A DNA stretch of 61,307 bases, filler included, from Dimargaris cristalligena (lineage: Eukaryota), in assembly GCA_003614675.1 (NCBI GenBank). It is 3 parts of 3 records of this genome, joined end to end, with 100 filler letters (N's around TTAATTAATTAA, not from the genome) between each part and the next. Parts side by side here need not be neighbours in the genome. Positions count along the whole stretch, not along the records: positions 20,599 to 40,932 come from ML002700.1; 2 more parts are not named here. One strand, written 5' to 3'. Shown here in pieces: positions 25,663-37,996 of the stretch (its first letter is position 1; the number at the start of each line of letters is the position of its first letter). Made by a program: the position numbers and the translations under genes. A model generated the notes under the pieces. It searched no databases. It saw nothing but the letters and a program-made list of their open reading frames with translations, and was not told the DNA's origin.

Positions 25663-27580
25663 AGCACCCTAAGAAGGTACAAATTGATCACACTACTCCA
25701 GTATACTCAATCGGTGGCAATGTTTTCTGCCAGTTTAAATACTAAATATCCATTTTTTCGGTTGGGGGTGGCGTCGGGCATTCTCGGAGTCTTGGCCGGC
25801 TGGATGCCGAGAGTACTTTTTAGCAGGGGGCTGCTGGAGTTTGGGATGGAGGTGTCGGCTGCCCCTCACCCAAGTATTACATGTCGTACAGGTTTACATG
25901 ACCATGGTCGGCTAATGGCCTGGCTATAATACTATCTATGGATTGTGGCTTGTACTACCCCCACACGCCTCTCTAATGAGACAAAAACAGCAAAATAAAA
26001 AAGAAAGAAATGAAATAAAGGAAAAATAGGCGAGTGTGCGTGTGGCAGCTCGTAACTCGATTGGAGCATTCCTCCCCAAATTAAGTGGTACACGGTAGCA
26101 TCAGATAAAAATCAACCGACCCGTATTTCGGATAGCTCAAATTAGTGGAATTTCCCGACATGTGTGGCTCCGGCTGGGAAGGTACGGGAGCAGTATATTA
26201 TCAGATTATAGTGTATATACCCCAGTCCCCCATGGTTCCCCCCTTCTCCCTGTATACACGGGTAATGAAACAGCGGGTTATTCGACCTACACTCCGCGCC
26301 ATTGCCAGAGCGGTCTAAAAATAGCCCACCTCCTCTCTCCGCGCCTAGTCGGCCTAACTCAGTGAAGAAGAAAAACCCCACCACAGTGGAAGTCAATGAA
26401 ACCACCCTGGTGGTAGTACCACCATTCCATTAGATAAATTTCCTCGCTGCATGGTATAATTGCTATAGGTGGCAACTGGTCCGCCGGAACTATGGAGTAG
26501 TATACAGCCCACGGGTGAGGTACGGTGGATAAGCCACTCAAGTTGCCACTAATTTTGACTTGTCGATGGCTCTTTTGCCGTTATGGTTGGGGTATGGAGT
26601 TTGGTGCCTCTATTCATTAAAAAGGGTATTGTCTCACAGCTTAACGCGAATAGTCAGTATTGTAATATTGTGCTTTTTTTGATGGTATGACAGGGGAGAG
26701 AGGGTCTCTCATGTTTATGATAGAGCTGCGAACTTCCTCCCGGATTATTGGTGGAGACCACTCCAAAATACACAAACCGATTCGATCATGAGGGACTCCT
26801 CCTCCTACGTGGTTTGAAAGAGCCGGCCTAGGATGGAGGTATAAGCAGCGGTTATTTGGGTTCCTGTTGAGTCGACCTCAGCCGGCACCGGTTACTTGCC
26901 GGCCACCCTGCCAATCCTATCTTTACAGATGAGGTGTATGTGGAATTAGAGGGGTGGTGGGTTCGGAATATTCCCGTTTTCAGGTAATGGCCAACCTACC
27001 ACAACTAGTACAATGTTGTTTAGACACTATTGGGGTGGAGTATACTATACGAGGGGTTTTATTACCAAGTTATACAGATGGAGTTTAACTAGCTATTATG
27101 GGCCATCTGTGAAAGAAAACTGATTTATATAAGGACAGCGCCAATCTCTGTTAAGCAACTTCATCCACACGACATTTTAATTTGCTACTACAGTTAAAAT
27201 AAGCAATTAAGCATATACATATCTCTCAACTGCTCAGCCTAAACAGCTAATCAACACGGGCTAAATGGCACTTTTCCATTGGGGGGTTTATAATGTGAAC
27301 CAAAGCACACGGACAGACCCTAATAGTATAATAATAACCTTTAAGTCAATGGTCCTTGTTCGGCTCATCCGATTGGTCCCACGAAGATAATTCGCGTCAA
27401 CGTTTGCGGGACAATAGCCATCCGCGACTCCACTTACTCCTCCCATGAATTCGGTGTAACTAATTAGGCAAGTGGCCGTGTCCAAATAACAGACTGGTTT
27501 ATATATACTCGGGTGGGTGGGTGGGATAAATACATATGGAGGAGGGGGTACTAACAAAGGAGACTACGCCGCGACTTGGG

Positions 27581-28467
27581 TCAATGGCCAGACGGGTAGA
27601 CAGAGTACTGATCATAAATAGAGGCGTAGAGAGGCTTATCAATTAAAAAGTCCCCAATTGCCCCTGAAGGGTAATAAAGAGGTGACCTATAATAGTAATC
27701 GGATGGGGGTCGATGGAAGCGGTAGGGACATACGCTACTCTTCGATTTTGAAGACAACCAGGGCCAGTATAGCTAGAGGCAGTGGAAGGATGTTCAATTA
27801 AAGGCATATAATGTACAGACACAAATAGGTTAGAATCAAAATCCATGCTGGAGGGTCACTACGAGATAAATAGTGGCGGCTCATGTGCAAGGGGTGGGTG
27901 CGGAAATCCACGGCGACGGCCTCCAAACCCAAGGTTCTCCTAGTCGGACCCTAATGGTAATCGTAATAATAACAGCAGTAAATGGAGGGGCTGGAGTATC
28001 TTACCAACAACAATGATAATCACAACGGCAAGGCCCGTCAGAGCCAGGGCGGCTTTGTTGCCGAGCAGGAAGTCCTTTAGGGGCGGCCGGGGTTTATCAA
28101 TGACGAACCCGTCTTTATCGTAAAAGTAGGGGTGGGGGAAGGACGCGGGGTGGGCGAGCAAAGAGGGGTACAGCGATTGCGGGTGTTTGGCGTTCAGCGG
28201 AGGAATGGCCAGTAGCGGAGGGTCCAGGGGCACGATAACCGGTCGGAAGGATAGAGCGGCGGGGTCTTCTTGGCCACCGGCCGCGGGAACGGGCTGGAAA
28301 GAGAGCTGGTAGGTTAGGGCGGGGTCTAAATTGCCCATGGGAGACGAGCGGTGGTTGGTTGACCGGGGGAGTCCCGCACTCGCCAGTCCGGAATCCGTGT
28401 CGGCACGGGGATTAGTGCGGATAGGCGAGCTGTGGGTCGACTCGGACAGTGGGTGGTTAAACGCCAT
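27581..28467 (-). CDS. Hypothetical Pro-rich protein with a near-C-terminal TM helix, ~181 aa
   Basis: Exons 28467-28005 and 27663-27581 (G|GTAAGA...TTCAG|GG) join in frame. TM AALALTGLAVVIIIVVGAIG; ends DFLIDKPLYASIYDQYSVYPSGH*. Confidence 0.6.
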
Positions 28468-29175
28468 GTTGGGCGATGGGAAAGGGTGAATAAGTAAATA
28501 AGTAGACGCAAGGGAATGTAAAGGTATATTGGGCTAACGAACAGGCAAATACAATCAGTAATAAGGAAGGCCCGCCGAATAATAGAATAGGGCAGAGAGA
28601 GAGGGAAGGTTTCTTGGGCAGGTCCAAAACATATCAATTGAGTATTAGGGAGGGGGAGGATATACCTAAGCAGCCCGTGCCGCTCGACTATGGGGAATAA
28701 GGGCGTGCATTTGCGAATGGCTTGATTGTTCCATATCGAATATTCGGGCTTCTGCTGCCTCGCCAAGGCCCTCCCTCCCTAACAATAGCCCGGCCCGATG
28801 ATCCCTTCTTTCCTTTCCCGTTTGGCCATCCCCCCCATTGTTCACTTGCCCTTGGCCCGAACCAATGGACGAATTAAATAACGTTGGTGCGGGGCAAGTC
28901 AATGGTCTTTTTTCGGGCCCTAAGCATCCTTCCTTTAGTAGTATCCGTCACCTTGACATCAGTATTGACATCATAGTTTCGGCCTTGTCGTACTCCTCTC
29001 CCCTTCGCTATTTAGCCAAAGCCTACCAATATATATATATATATATAAAATAGAATATATCCTCGGGAAGCGTCGCACACCCTGTAAGCTCCTGTATCAG
29101 CTCTCTTCCGACGACCACACTCGACTTGTTCTGCATATATTTACCATTTCAATCTAAATTTATTGCACCCAGTAG

Positions 29176-29210
<35 letters not shown>

Positions 29211-29219
29211 ATGTAAGTG

Positions 29220-30116
29220 CTACACCGGCTCAACCGGACGACCATTCATTAAAAGCACTATTTCCTGATGGACGTCTACTCCCGTCGATGCGCGCGAAAA
29301 GGGTGAAAAACGGGGAACCGCCACCAGGCCCGTCAGGTAAGGCTCGGCCTGGTAATTCCACTGTAAACCAGTACACCGGAGGTCGTCGGGACAAATGCTA
29401 CCCATTTCCTTTGATGATGGTAATGGCAGTGGTAATGGTGATACCGGTGTTGACGCCGTAGCCCCTAAATTGATCATAACTAGGGGATACCGCGACGACA
29501 ACACTTGCCGAGTGGCCGCGGAAGTAAAGGGTCGGTTGGAAATGAGCATACCCAAAGTGCCCGTAGTTTCGTGGCTTAGGACACCCTCCAGGTCCCGGAC
29601 CCCGGCGGGTCCCAGAGACCGGAGGACCCGAGTCCGGGTCGGGGACCTTTCCCCAGTCGAAGCCTGTCCCTCCATAACAGCAGCAGCTGTTGTTGCTGTC
29701 GTTGTCGTTGAAATAGAAGAAGAGCATCCCTGAGTAGCAGCGAGTGACTCCGACGGAATCCCGTATTTGCATTGCGCGACAAACGAAAGGGGTCCGTGGG
29801 GGAGGTCCGGTAACATCCAACGGCCGCGAATATCGATCCCCCGATCCCCCGTACGACCGGAATGCAACCCGACCAAACCAAAGCGGCGGAGCGCCCGGGT
29901 GACCGCCCGTTCGTATTGCCGACCCCATTCGCTAGCGGATAGACGACGGACCCGCGCGGGGCCGGTGTGAAAAAAAGTCGCGCCCGAGAGGGGCAATGGA
30001 AAGGGAGGGGATCGTCCACAGGGGGGGCATTGCCAGGTCCCCCGTCCCGACTTCGGAGCGTGGGCCAGTGGGCCCCAGGGACGACTAAACGAAAACGGAA
30101 TGCGCGGGGCCGCCAT
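29220..30116 (-). CDS. RRG7: Rrg7/DUF2034 family mitochondrial restriction-endonuclease-like protein
   Basis: Motifs GRQYERAV, GRTGDRGIDIRGRW, FVAQCK, GPAGVRDLEG, GMLIS, FTSAAT; Arg-rich presequence-like N-terminus; intronless. Confidence 0.75.
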   Translation of the reverse strand: MAAPRIPFSFSRPWGPLAHAPKSGRGTWQCPPCGRSPPFPLPLSGATFFHTGPARVRRLSASEWGRQYERAVTRALRRFGLVGLHSGRTGDRGIDIRGRWMLPDLPHGPLSFVAQCKYGIPSESLAATQGCSSSISTTTTATTAAAVMEGQASTGERSPTRTRVLRSLGPAGVRDLEGVLSHETTGTLGMLISNRPFTSAATRQVLSSRYPLVMINLGATASTPVSPLPLPLPSSKEMGSICPDDLRCTGLQWNYQAEPYLTGLVAVPRFSPFSRASTGVDVHQEIVLLMNGRPVEPV

Positions 30117-30789
30117 GGCTCGGAGACATGTACACACGAGGCTGGTTAGCAGTGGTGTATACGCTAAAATAGATCGAGAAAGTAGAATGAATGGATTGGC
30201 TAATGGAGCTGTACGCTTGGTCCGAGTAACTGACCAGTGGATATTATTGGTACGATAGCTGCAAATATTATTTTATAAGGGGGGGGAGTGGAGTGGTGTG
30301 GCTCTAAGACTGTAGCAAAATTTTGAGTAGTTCAGGGCTGAGAAACTCTGCTTTTGGCTAGACTTAAATACGCATGGAAGGCAGGCACTTCTATCATTAA
30401 TAATATTTTAAAGTATGGCAATCGAATCAAGGGATCGTGGTTCCTTTATTACTATTGCAAAGAAAATTGTGAAATAATATCCCTAGGATAAAAGTGATGG
30501 CCCTCAGAGCAATAGTGGGTCATATAAGAGAGAATGGTTAAAATTCGCCACGGTAATAACATTAAACGATTGGCCGAATTGCCAAGTCAGTATTTGCGTT
30601 GTTCCTCCATACCACGATGACTAAATGAAATGCATGATCCTAGGATACCCCTAATTGCCAACGACAGGCCAAGTAATAAATTCGGACAGCTAATTCGGGG
30701 GAATATCAGCCAGGCCCACCATGGGTGCCTAGACCAAAGCAAAAGGCAGCTTAACGCTAGCTAGGAAAGAACGAGAGAGGAGAGAGAGC

Positions 30790-32220
30790 TTAGTGCTTGA
30801 GATGGTAACTCTTGAGGCGAGTAAACTGGTCGAACCCAAACGCCGACAAGGTACAGCCCCGACCGGATTCTTTGGTAGCGGTCCAGGCCAAGGCCGGATC
30901 GAGATAATCGCACCGGTTCATGAACCACGTCCCTGTTTCGACCTGTTGGCCGATACGGACGGCGGCGTCCAAATCCTGGGTCCACACGGACGCCGTCAGA
31001 CCAAACCGGGAATCGTTCATTAGCTGAATGGCCGTTGCATCCGAATCCACGGGCATGATCCCCACCACGGGTCCGAACGTTTCTTCCTGCATGATAGCCA
31101 TGGCATGGGTCACGTTGACCAGGACCTGGGGGATCACAAAGGCCGCCGCTGTTTTGGCCGAGCCGGCTGCCAATGCTGATAATTGGGCCCGGAAGGGCGC
31201 TTCGTCAATCAAGGGTTGGGCCCCGGCCGCTACGGCGGCCGCCACCTGGGCCCGGATGCGTTCCGCCGCGGCCTTATGCACCACCGGACCCAGAGTCGTG
31301 GCCGGATCCCTCGGATCACCCAACCGGTATTCGCCCACCACTTTAGCAAACTGGTCGACGAACGTTTGGTACACGTCGGTGTGGACATAAATCCGTTCGA
31401 TGGAACAGCAGCTCTGACCGCTATTAAAGCAGGCGCCGTCCACGAGTTGTTCGACGGCGTAGGCCACATCAGCGTCCGCCCGCACGTAAGCGGGGTCCTT
31501 GCCACCCAGTTCGAGGCCCGTTCCCAGCATCTGTTTCGCGGCTGAGGCCGCCACGAGCCGACCGGCCGGCACGGACCCGGTGAAACACACAAAGTGGATC
31601 GGCAAAGTCTCGATGGCCCAGTCGCAGTCCGTATGGTTCATGGGACAGGCCTGGCACACCTCGGTGGGGACCCCGGCCGCGTTGAAACATTCGACCAATA
31701 ATTCACCGCAGAGCGGGGTTTGGGGCGAGTGTTTCAATACCACGGAATTACCGGCCAGCAAAGCTGGCAACACGGCATTAATGGCGACCAGGTACGGGAA
31801 GTTCCAGGGGGCGATGACCAACACCACCCCCAGGGGTTCTTTGGTAATGTACCGCGTGAACCCGGGGGTCGCTGCTCCGGCGGACGGCGTTTGGGGTACT
31901 GGGTGGGGGGCCAGGCTGGTCTCGGCAATGGAAATGAGGTAACGGGTTCGCTCGAGCAGGCCATTGACTTCACCCTGGGTGTAGCGGCTGGGCCGGCCCA
32001 TCTGTTGGGTGATCGAGGTGGCTAGTGCGTCCCGGCGAGCGACAACTTCGTCCAGGAACCGGCGGGCGACGGCCAGACGGTGGCTCAGGGGTTGCGCACG
32101 CCAACTGCGGTGCCCCGCTTCGGCCCGCTTTACCACGTCGGTGATGGTGGCCCGGTCGGCGTAGGAACGGGTGAGGATAGGCTCACCCGAGTAAGGGGAA
32201 ATGACGGTATAGTCGGACAT
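30790..32220 (-). CDS. NAD(P)-dependent aldehyde dehydrogenase, intronless
   Basis: Start MSDYTVISP at 32220. Motifs EPLGVVLVIAPWNFP, FTGS, LELGGKDP, catalytic FNSGQSCCSIERIYV, EETFGPV, ESGRG. Confidence 0.93.
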   Translation of the reverse strand: MSDYTVISPYSGEPILTRSYADRATITDVVKRAEAGHRSWRAQPLSHRLAVARRFLDEVVARRDALATSITQQMGRPSRYTQGEVNGLLERTRYLISIAETSLAPHPVPQTPSAGAATPGFTRYITKEPLGVVLVIAPWNFPYLVAINAVLPALLAGNSVVLKHSPQTPLCGELLVECFNAAGVPTEVCQACPMNHTDCDWAIETLPIHFVCFTGSVPAGRLVAASAAKQMLGTGLELGGKDPAYVRADADVAYAVEQLVDGACFNSGQSCCSIERIYVHTDVYQTFVDQFAKVVGEYRLGDPRDPATTLGPVVHKAAAERIRAQVAAAVAAGAQPLIDEAPFRAQLSALAAGSAKTAAAFVIPQVLVNVTHAMAIMQEETFGPVVGIMPVDSDATAIQLMNDSRFGLTASVWTQDLDAAVRIGQQVETGTWFMNRCDYLDPALAWTATKESGRGCTLSAFGFDQFTRLKSYHLKH

Positions 32221-32895
32221 GGTGATTATAGGAAGGAGGGGGTATATATGGTTGGGAGGGATAGGAAAGAAAAGGAATGCGGTAAAGTGGGGAGTTAGCG
32301 AAAGAAAGAGAGTCACTCTACGGAGTCGGGGGTTGAAACGAGCGGAGTATGTAGTGGTTGGGAACGAAAGTATGAAGAGGCATAATGCTGAGTGTGCGAC
32401 TCTTTCTATAGTATGCCAAATATGTCCCATATCATCCCAAATGGGTGGGAACGAGTCACATTGTGAGACTTCACACCCTTGGGATACACCGATTAGGCCC
32501 TGAATCAGTCTAAAGCGATAGAGAAGATGATGATGCCACCACACTGTATCGGGTAGTATATTAGCTGGCTTACTTGGGCCTGCGTTTATGCAGATTCCAA
32601 CACTATACCTGATGTGGCTTTTATTTATTCGTGGCCATTACAATAATCATGGGAACCGAAACCGCAAATACTACGAATCGAATTATAAGGCAAAAAAGGG
32701 GGGAGGGATAGGAGGGAGGCTAATAATGGTAGTAGTAGTAGTAATAATAATAATAATAAGAGTAATAATACATGGGGAGGCATCAAAAATAAAGGTAAAG
32801 ATCAAGGTAAAGGGGAGAGGAGGAGCAAGCCTCGGAAAACTTTCCACGGAATTAAATGTTGGATAATCATTAATCACATATAGATAAGCAGCCAT

Positions 32896-34597
32896 CTATG
32901 GCTTCGGCCGACCGCCCATGGCTATAAGATCGGCATCCAGGGGGTCTAAATGGGCATCAGTCACAGGTGGCCGGCGACCTACCGTCGAGTTTAGGTGTAT
33001 TAGAGAGGAAGGAATATATAAAGGTGGATAAGTGCTAAGCAGGGAATCAATCGCCCCCCTATTGGGGTGGTTTAAAGTCATCTACGCTGAGTGTGACACT
33101 ATTAGTAGTAGTAGCCAAAGGAATGGCGAAATGATCCTTACCTATATTCCGCTGAGCAAACTGCCGGTTCCAATCTCTAATGCGGATCTGGGACTCCTTC
33201 CACGGATCTAGTAATTCCCCCCGCAGAGAGCCCTTGAATTCCTGAAGAAGACCAATCATTGGCAAAAATAGTAAAGAACCATAAGCGGACAGCGCACCCA
33301 TCGGTTAGTTAGTCTATGGGGTATAGGGATAGAGACCACTACAGCAAGGCAATAACAATGTCTAATCTATATATATATATCACATTTCATCGCACATCAG
33401 CGGATCTACTCCCTCCCAAAGCTAGTGGACGGCGCTTACTAAATACGACCGGGATATGATCTCGGACTGCCCCTCGAGTTCGGCCATAATGGCATCGCGC
33501 CTAAGGTACCACACGGCGCGGACTTTCTGGCGGCGTGCCTCGAACTTGTCGTTTAGTTCATCGAGGTAGGGTTGGAACTCGGGGTGAGAATCCTTGTTGA
33601 GCAGCTTGAGTTCTTGGGCCACGTGACGGCGTTTGGCACTCAGCTGACGCCTATGGTAGGAGGGACCAAGCAAGAAGGAGGAGATGGTGGATTTAGGCCA
33701 TGGAATGGCAGTTAGTTGGAATAGAGCTTAGGCAGTGTAGTGCAATGTAATGGAGTGGAGCGGAGTAGTCTCGTTTACCAGGCCAGCAAATAGACCGGAA
33801 GTAGGGGAGGCATAGTTCACACGGCCTTATACAAGAGGCAGTGGTGAGTGACGGTGGCTGGGATATGAATGATGGCGAAGGGATCTTCTTTTCCGGTGGC
33901 AATGTTTGAGGCGGAGGAGGGGAAGAAGTACTTACCCAGCCTTCATGGGGGAAAACTCGCGCTCGGCAGGGCCCGACTCCTGACGACTGCGTTTGGGGAG
34001 GGGCTTTTTTGGGGTAGTAGCGTCCTCATTGTCGTCACTGACTAATGTGTCGGATACCGGCGTATCCACTGGGACGGGAGAAGGCGAAGGTAATATGGGA
34101 GTGATGTTTCCAAAAGTTAAAGGGGTGTATTGTTAGGCTACTAGGAAATAAGGGAGGGATTTCTTCTTAATTACGAATACTCGGGGTAAATGTGGAGGCG
34201 TAAAATAGCACAAGCATCATTGCTGAATGTAAAGCCCCCCCATCCGTATTGAATAATCCGGGATTCGGTTGGGGCTCTCTATATATCTGTAGGGGAATTA
34301 GGCAATTATCGGCCAAAGAACCGGGAATAACAAGGGCATGGGACAGCAACAACTCCTTCGCCTATTATTGCTGCTACTATTACTATTACTATTACTATTA
34401 CTATTACTACTACTAAGGGAAAACAACGTACCGCTGGGGTCTTCCGCATCAGATGGATCGCTTGAGGAAGGGTCGAACTGGCTCCGGGTGGAGGGGGTTG
34501 GTCCCTCCTCCTTGGCCGGATGAGCCATGGGTTCCAGGGGGGCGAGATCAGCATGGTCACCCGTAAGGGGGAGTGTGGTCGGCGAAGCAGTGCTCAT
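32896..34597 (-). CDS. Sds3-like (Sin3/Rpd3L HDAC complex subunit family) coiled-coil protein, ~221 aa
   Basis: Five exons 34597-34432, 34041-33936, 33650-33440, 33241-33142, 32978-32896 (666 nt, all GT-AG). ELKLLNKDSHPEFQPYLDEL resembles the Sds3 'HPE' coiled coil; C-terminal LDADLIAM. Confidence 0.65.
34371..34415. repeat. (CTA/TTA)n trinucleotide tract in intron 1 of the Sds3-like gene
   Basis: Imperfect CTACTATTA repeats; source of the spurious poly-Leu and poly-(SN) ORFs. Confidence 0.8.
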
Positions 34598-35448
34598 GGC
34601 TCGGACACTGAGGCAGGAGGAATAGAGAGGTATATGTGTGTATATATGTAAAGAGAGAGGGCGGCGACTAAACCGACAGTAGGAATGGGGGGATGGACAG
34701 AGATGTTCGCCGTCGGCCAAATAGTCCAGTTGTTGACGAGCGGGTACAGAGGCAGTAGCGGAGGTATTATTAATAGAAGGCGAAGGGAGAAGGGTCAGGT
34801 TGAGAGTGTATATATATATATATATATATATGAGCAGAACAAACTCAGCCAAAGCAGCGGGGAATAATTTTAACCAGGCAGTAGGAAATAAAATAGGTAG
34901 AGAAAGGGGAAAGAAAAGGGGGGAAAGAAACATGCTATATATACCAGTGAAATAACTAGACTAGACTGGGAGGAGGAAGTGGGTGATGAATAGAGTAGAA
35001 TAGGCCGGACCAAAATGCCCAAACTCGGCACGACCATCATACCTCTTCCTCTGGATCGGTGGGGTTGGCGGCCCAATTAAACACCGCCCAGCCCCCCGAA
35101 CGCACATCGATCCGACTGGCCCTTGCAGCAATGTTGTATTATCTTCTCTATAGCCGAACTAAGTGATGGGCCTTCCCCTACTATCTTCAAGGTTCGCTAC
35201 TTGGTTTCCAATGATAATATAAGATACTGGCTGGATTAGCTGTAAATAATAGGTGTGAAAGAGCAAAGGATAAAGTGGCACAGATACGGCTATCAAGGGA
35301 GAGTGGGTAGGGTCTATTGTACTTCAGCAGGCCAACATCCCTCCCTCCTTTCTCTACGGGCGCCTGTTGTACCCTCCTCTCATTATTCATATCCATCTAC
35401 TTCCACTTCAACGCAAACGTTTATTATTACTTGGGATTCTTGTTCATT

Positions 35449-37122
35449 CTACTCCAATCCGACCGGGGGTTTTTGGGCCACCATAATATAATTGACCTGC
35501 GTCCCTAAGCGTCCCAACAGCGTGGGATCCATCACCTGCCAGCGCGCTGCGGTGGGGTGGTACCAAATACCCCGTAGGTCCACCACCCGGCCGCTCGGCT
35601 CCACCATCGCCCGGAGCTCATCGGGGCGAATGTACTTTTGGTAGTCGTGCGTGCCCGACGGCACTAGCCCGAGGAGTCGCTCGGCCCCCAGAATAGTCAG
35701 GGCGTACGCCAGGGGTGTCCGCGAAATGGTGGACATGAACACCAGCCCACCGGGCTACGGGTAGAGGGATAACAGTAGTAATAATAATAGTCATGGTCAT
35801 AGTGAGAGAAAGGAAGTTGAGTTGAGTTGAGCCGAAATGAAATGAAATGAAATGAAACGAATCCCGCCCCGTGGGAGGTGGTGCCGTGGCGTTAATTGGT
35901 CAGGTGACGACAGATTAAAGCACCGCTATTAAAAGTGCCAACAAACACGGACTACTATTCCTCCTCCTCCTCCTCCTCCTACTACCACTACTATATAACA
36001 GTCGCAAATGACAAGAAGGGGGGGTGTATCATACATAGAGTCTCCTCCTACCTTGGTCAGACTAAATAAATTGGTCACAAATTGGTCCGGGTGCATGACA
36101 TGCTCAATAACCTCCATGGACGTCACCACGTCGAATTGCTGTCCGGTTTGCTGAATATCTTCTAATCAAGGCCCATATAGGGGCAGGTGGGGTAAAGAAG
36201 TAATACAAGTCGCACGGTTAGTAGCGGTTGCGGAATGGTCTCCCTGGGTTGGGGTTATTTCGGAATCTACCGAGTCGAGTACCCCACCCATGATCCAGGG
36301 GTTGGCATGCCTCGGAGGAGCTACAGATGATCTCTGCCTGATGATACCCAGCCATATCCACGATCCATCGGCCATGTTTTTTGGTTAAAATACTAAACCC
36401 CATTAAACCAAATCAAACTAAGCCAAACTGAATTAAACCAATCACCAATTCCCCGCTATAAAGTCCCCTCACGTACCAGCCGTAGTGTGGAAATAGTCCA
36501 ACGAAGCCTCAGAATTTGCCAACTGGGGGTCTTTCTGGGCGTGCACCCGGGCAATCTGGATATTATCGTAGGTTGCATCAATTCCCGTGACCTGACCCCC
36601 CAATCGAGCCAATGCCTCGCACAACAATCCCCCGCCGCACCCCACGTCCAGCATGTGCAGTCCCCGGAAGGGACGCACCAGACTTTCCGGGTGGGGACTA
36701 AACGTGGCCCGTTGGGGGGACGAACTAGCAGCGGCCGTGGCGGTTTGGAGATGGGCGGGAGCATACTGGCGAATGTAGTCAACCCGGGCCGAGTTCATTT
36801 GGTGAAGCATTTGGAAATGGCCCTCGGGGGCCCACCATTCGGAACTCAGTCGACTGAACTTGGCGATTTCCTCCGGTGAGACGGAGCTCAGGGGCGGGGA
36901 TGACGACGACGAAGAGGAAGTGGACGAAGCAGCGGGTGGTGGTGTAACAGGGCCGGCCTCCTGGGCGGGAGGGCCCTGGGGGTTCGAAATCGAAGAGAAG
37001 GGAGAAACCGACCCCCAATGGACGTTGGCCAACTGCTTCCAGGCCGAATGGGGGGCTACCGTGGCCCTAGGTCTGACAAGAGGTTGCCGGAGTAGGCCAG
37101 CGGAAGCACGGGTGAGAAGCAT
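35449..37122 (-). CDS. COQ3: Ubiquinone biosynthesis O-methyltransferase (Coq3/UbiG)
   Basis: Exons 37122-36477, 36161-36052, 35754-35449. Motifs EIAKFSRLSSEWW, LHQMNSARV, LDVGCGGGLLCEALARLG, FDVVTSMEVIEHV, STISRT, GTHDYQKYI, VNY. Confidence 0.95.
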
Positions 37123-37797
37123 GGTGGAATAGGGAGGAGGGGTAGTCAAGGCAAGGGAATGGGTCTAGCCCGAAAGTGTAATGCAATAGAAATCTCGGCA
37201 GGATTCAGTCCAAGACATTAGGTCAGCCCGAGGGGAGAAAAGGGACGGGAAAGAAGGCGTAGCGGAGATCTTGACCAAAGCTACTGCTGTCAGGGAGGGG
37301 GAAAGGGGTGGGATGAATAACAAGTAAGCAAGTACGTAATTTCCCTGACTAGTCCGATGGCTGAGCTATTTTACACAGGGGCGGTACGCCATTGAGCTTC
37401 CGGAGCCACCCAAAAGTCATATTAATACGCATGGGCTTCGACGAAGCATATCCCTACGGCCAAGCATTACTGCTGTACGGATCAGAGCTCATCAAATCGG
37501 TCGCCTGCGATTATAGTCAAATAATACCTTGTAAAGCAGCGGTCCATGTTGCCATGGTTTCCTCTATTGCATAGGCATACCAGCCGCTGAAGTGAAGCTA
37601 GACCGTTCGATCAATAACGAAAATAGCCACAATTACCCTAACCCCAGTCAGCCCAACTAACCCTTACTTTGATGGGGGAATTTACGACCAACTTGGCTTC
37701 TTGAGGGCGTGGGCCACGCCAGGGCACCTTGGCCACGCCACCGTCGGCCGAATGGGTTATAGCCAAGTGGCAAACCTGCTCTATGTCGACTCCCGGA

Positions 37798-37805
37798 TAT
37801 ATAAA
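37798..37805 (+). promoter_or_regulatory. TATA box of the secreted peptide precursor gene
   Basis: TATATAAA about 200 bp upstream of ATG 37997, followed by a pyrimidine-rich leader. Confidence 0.5.
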
Positions 37806-37996
37806 GCCATGGGTTCCCTCCTTTTCCACAACCAACATCAATCATCCACTCTCAGCTACCCGCCTTTTCTATATTCCGAACTGCTCCACTCCCTTAACCG
37901 CCCTCTTGCCTCTCTTATCTAGCTAAACTCTATTATTACCGCTCCAACTCCAGCTCCATTTCTTCTCCTCCGTTAACCCCCTTCCAGCCCTTCGCC

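Noticed and set aside
32221-32544. N-terminal extension of the ALDH ORF
   Set aside because: GTG-started, UTR-like composition; family similarity begins at ATG 32220.
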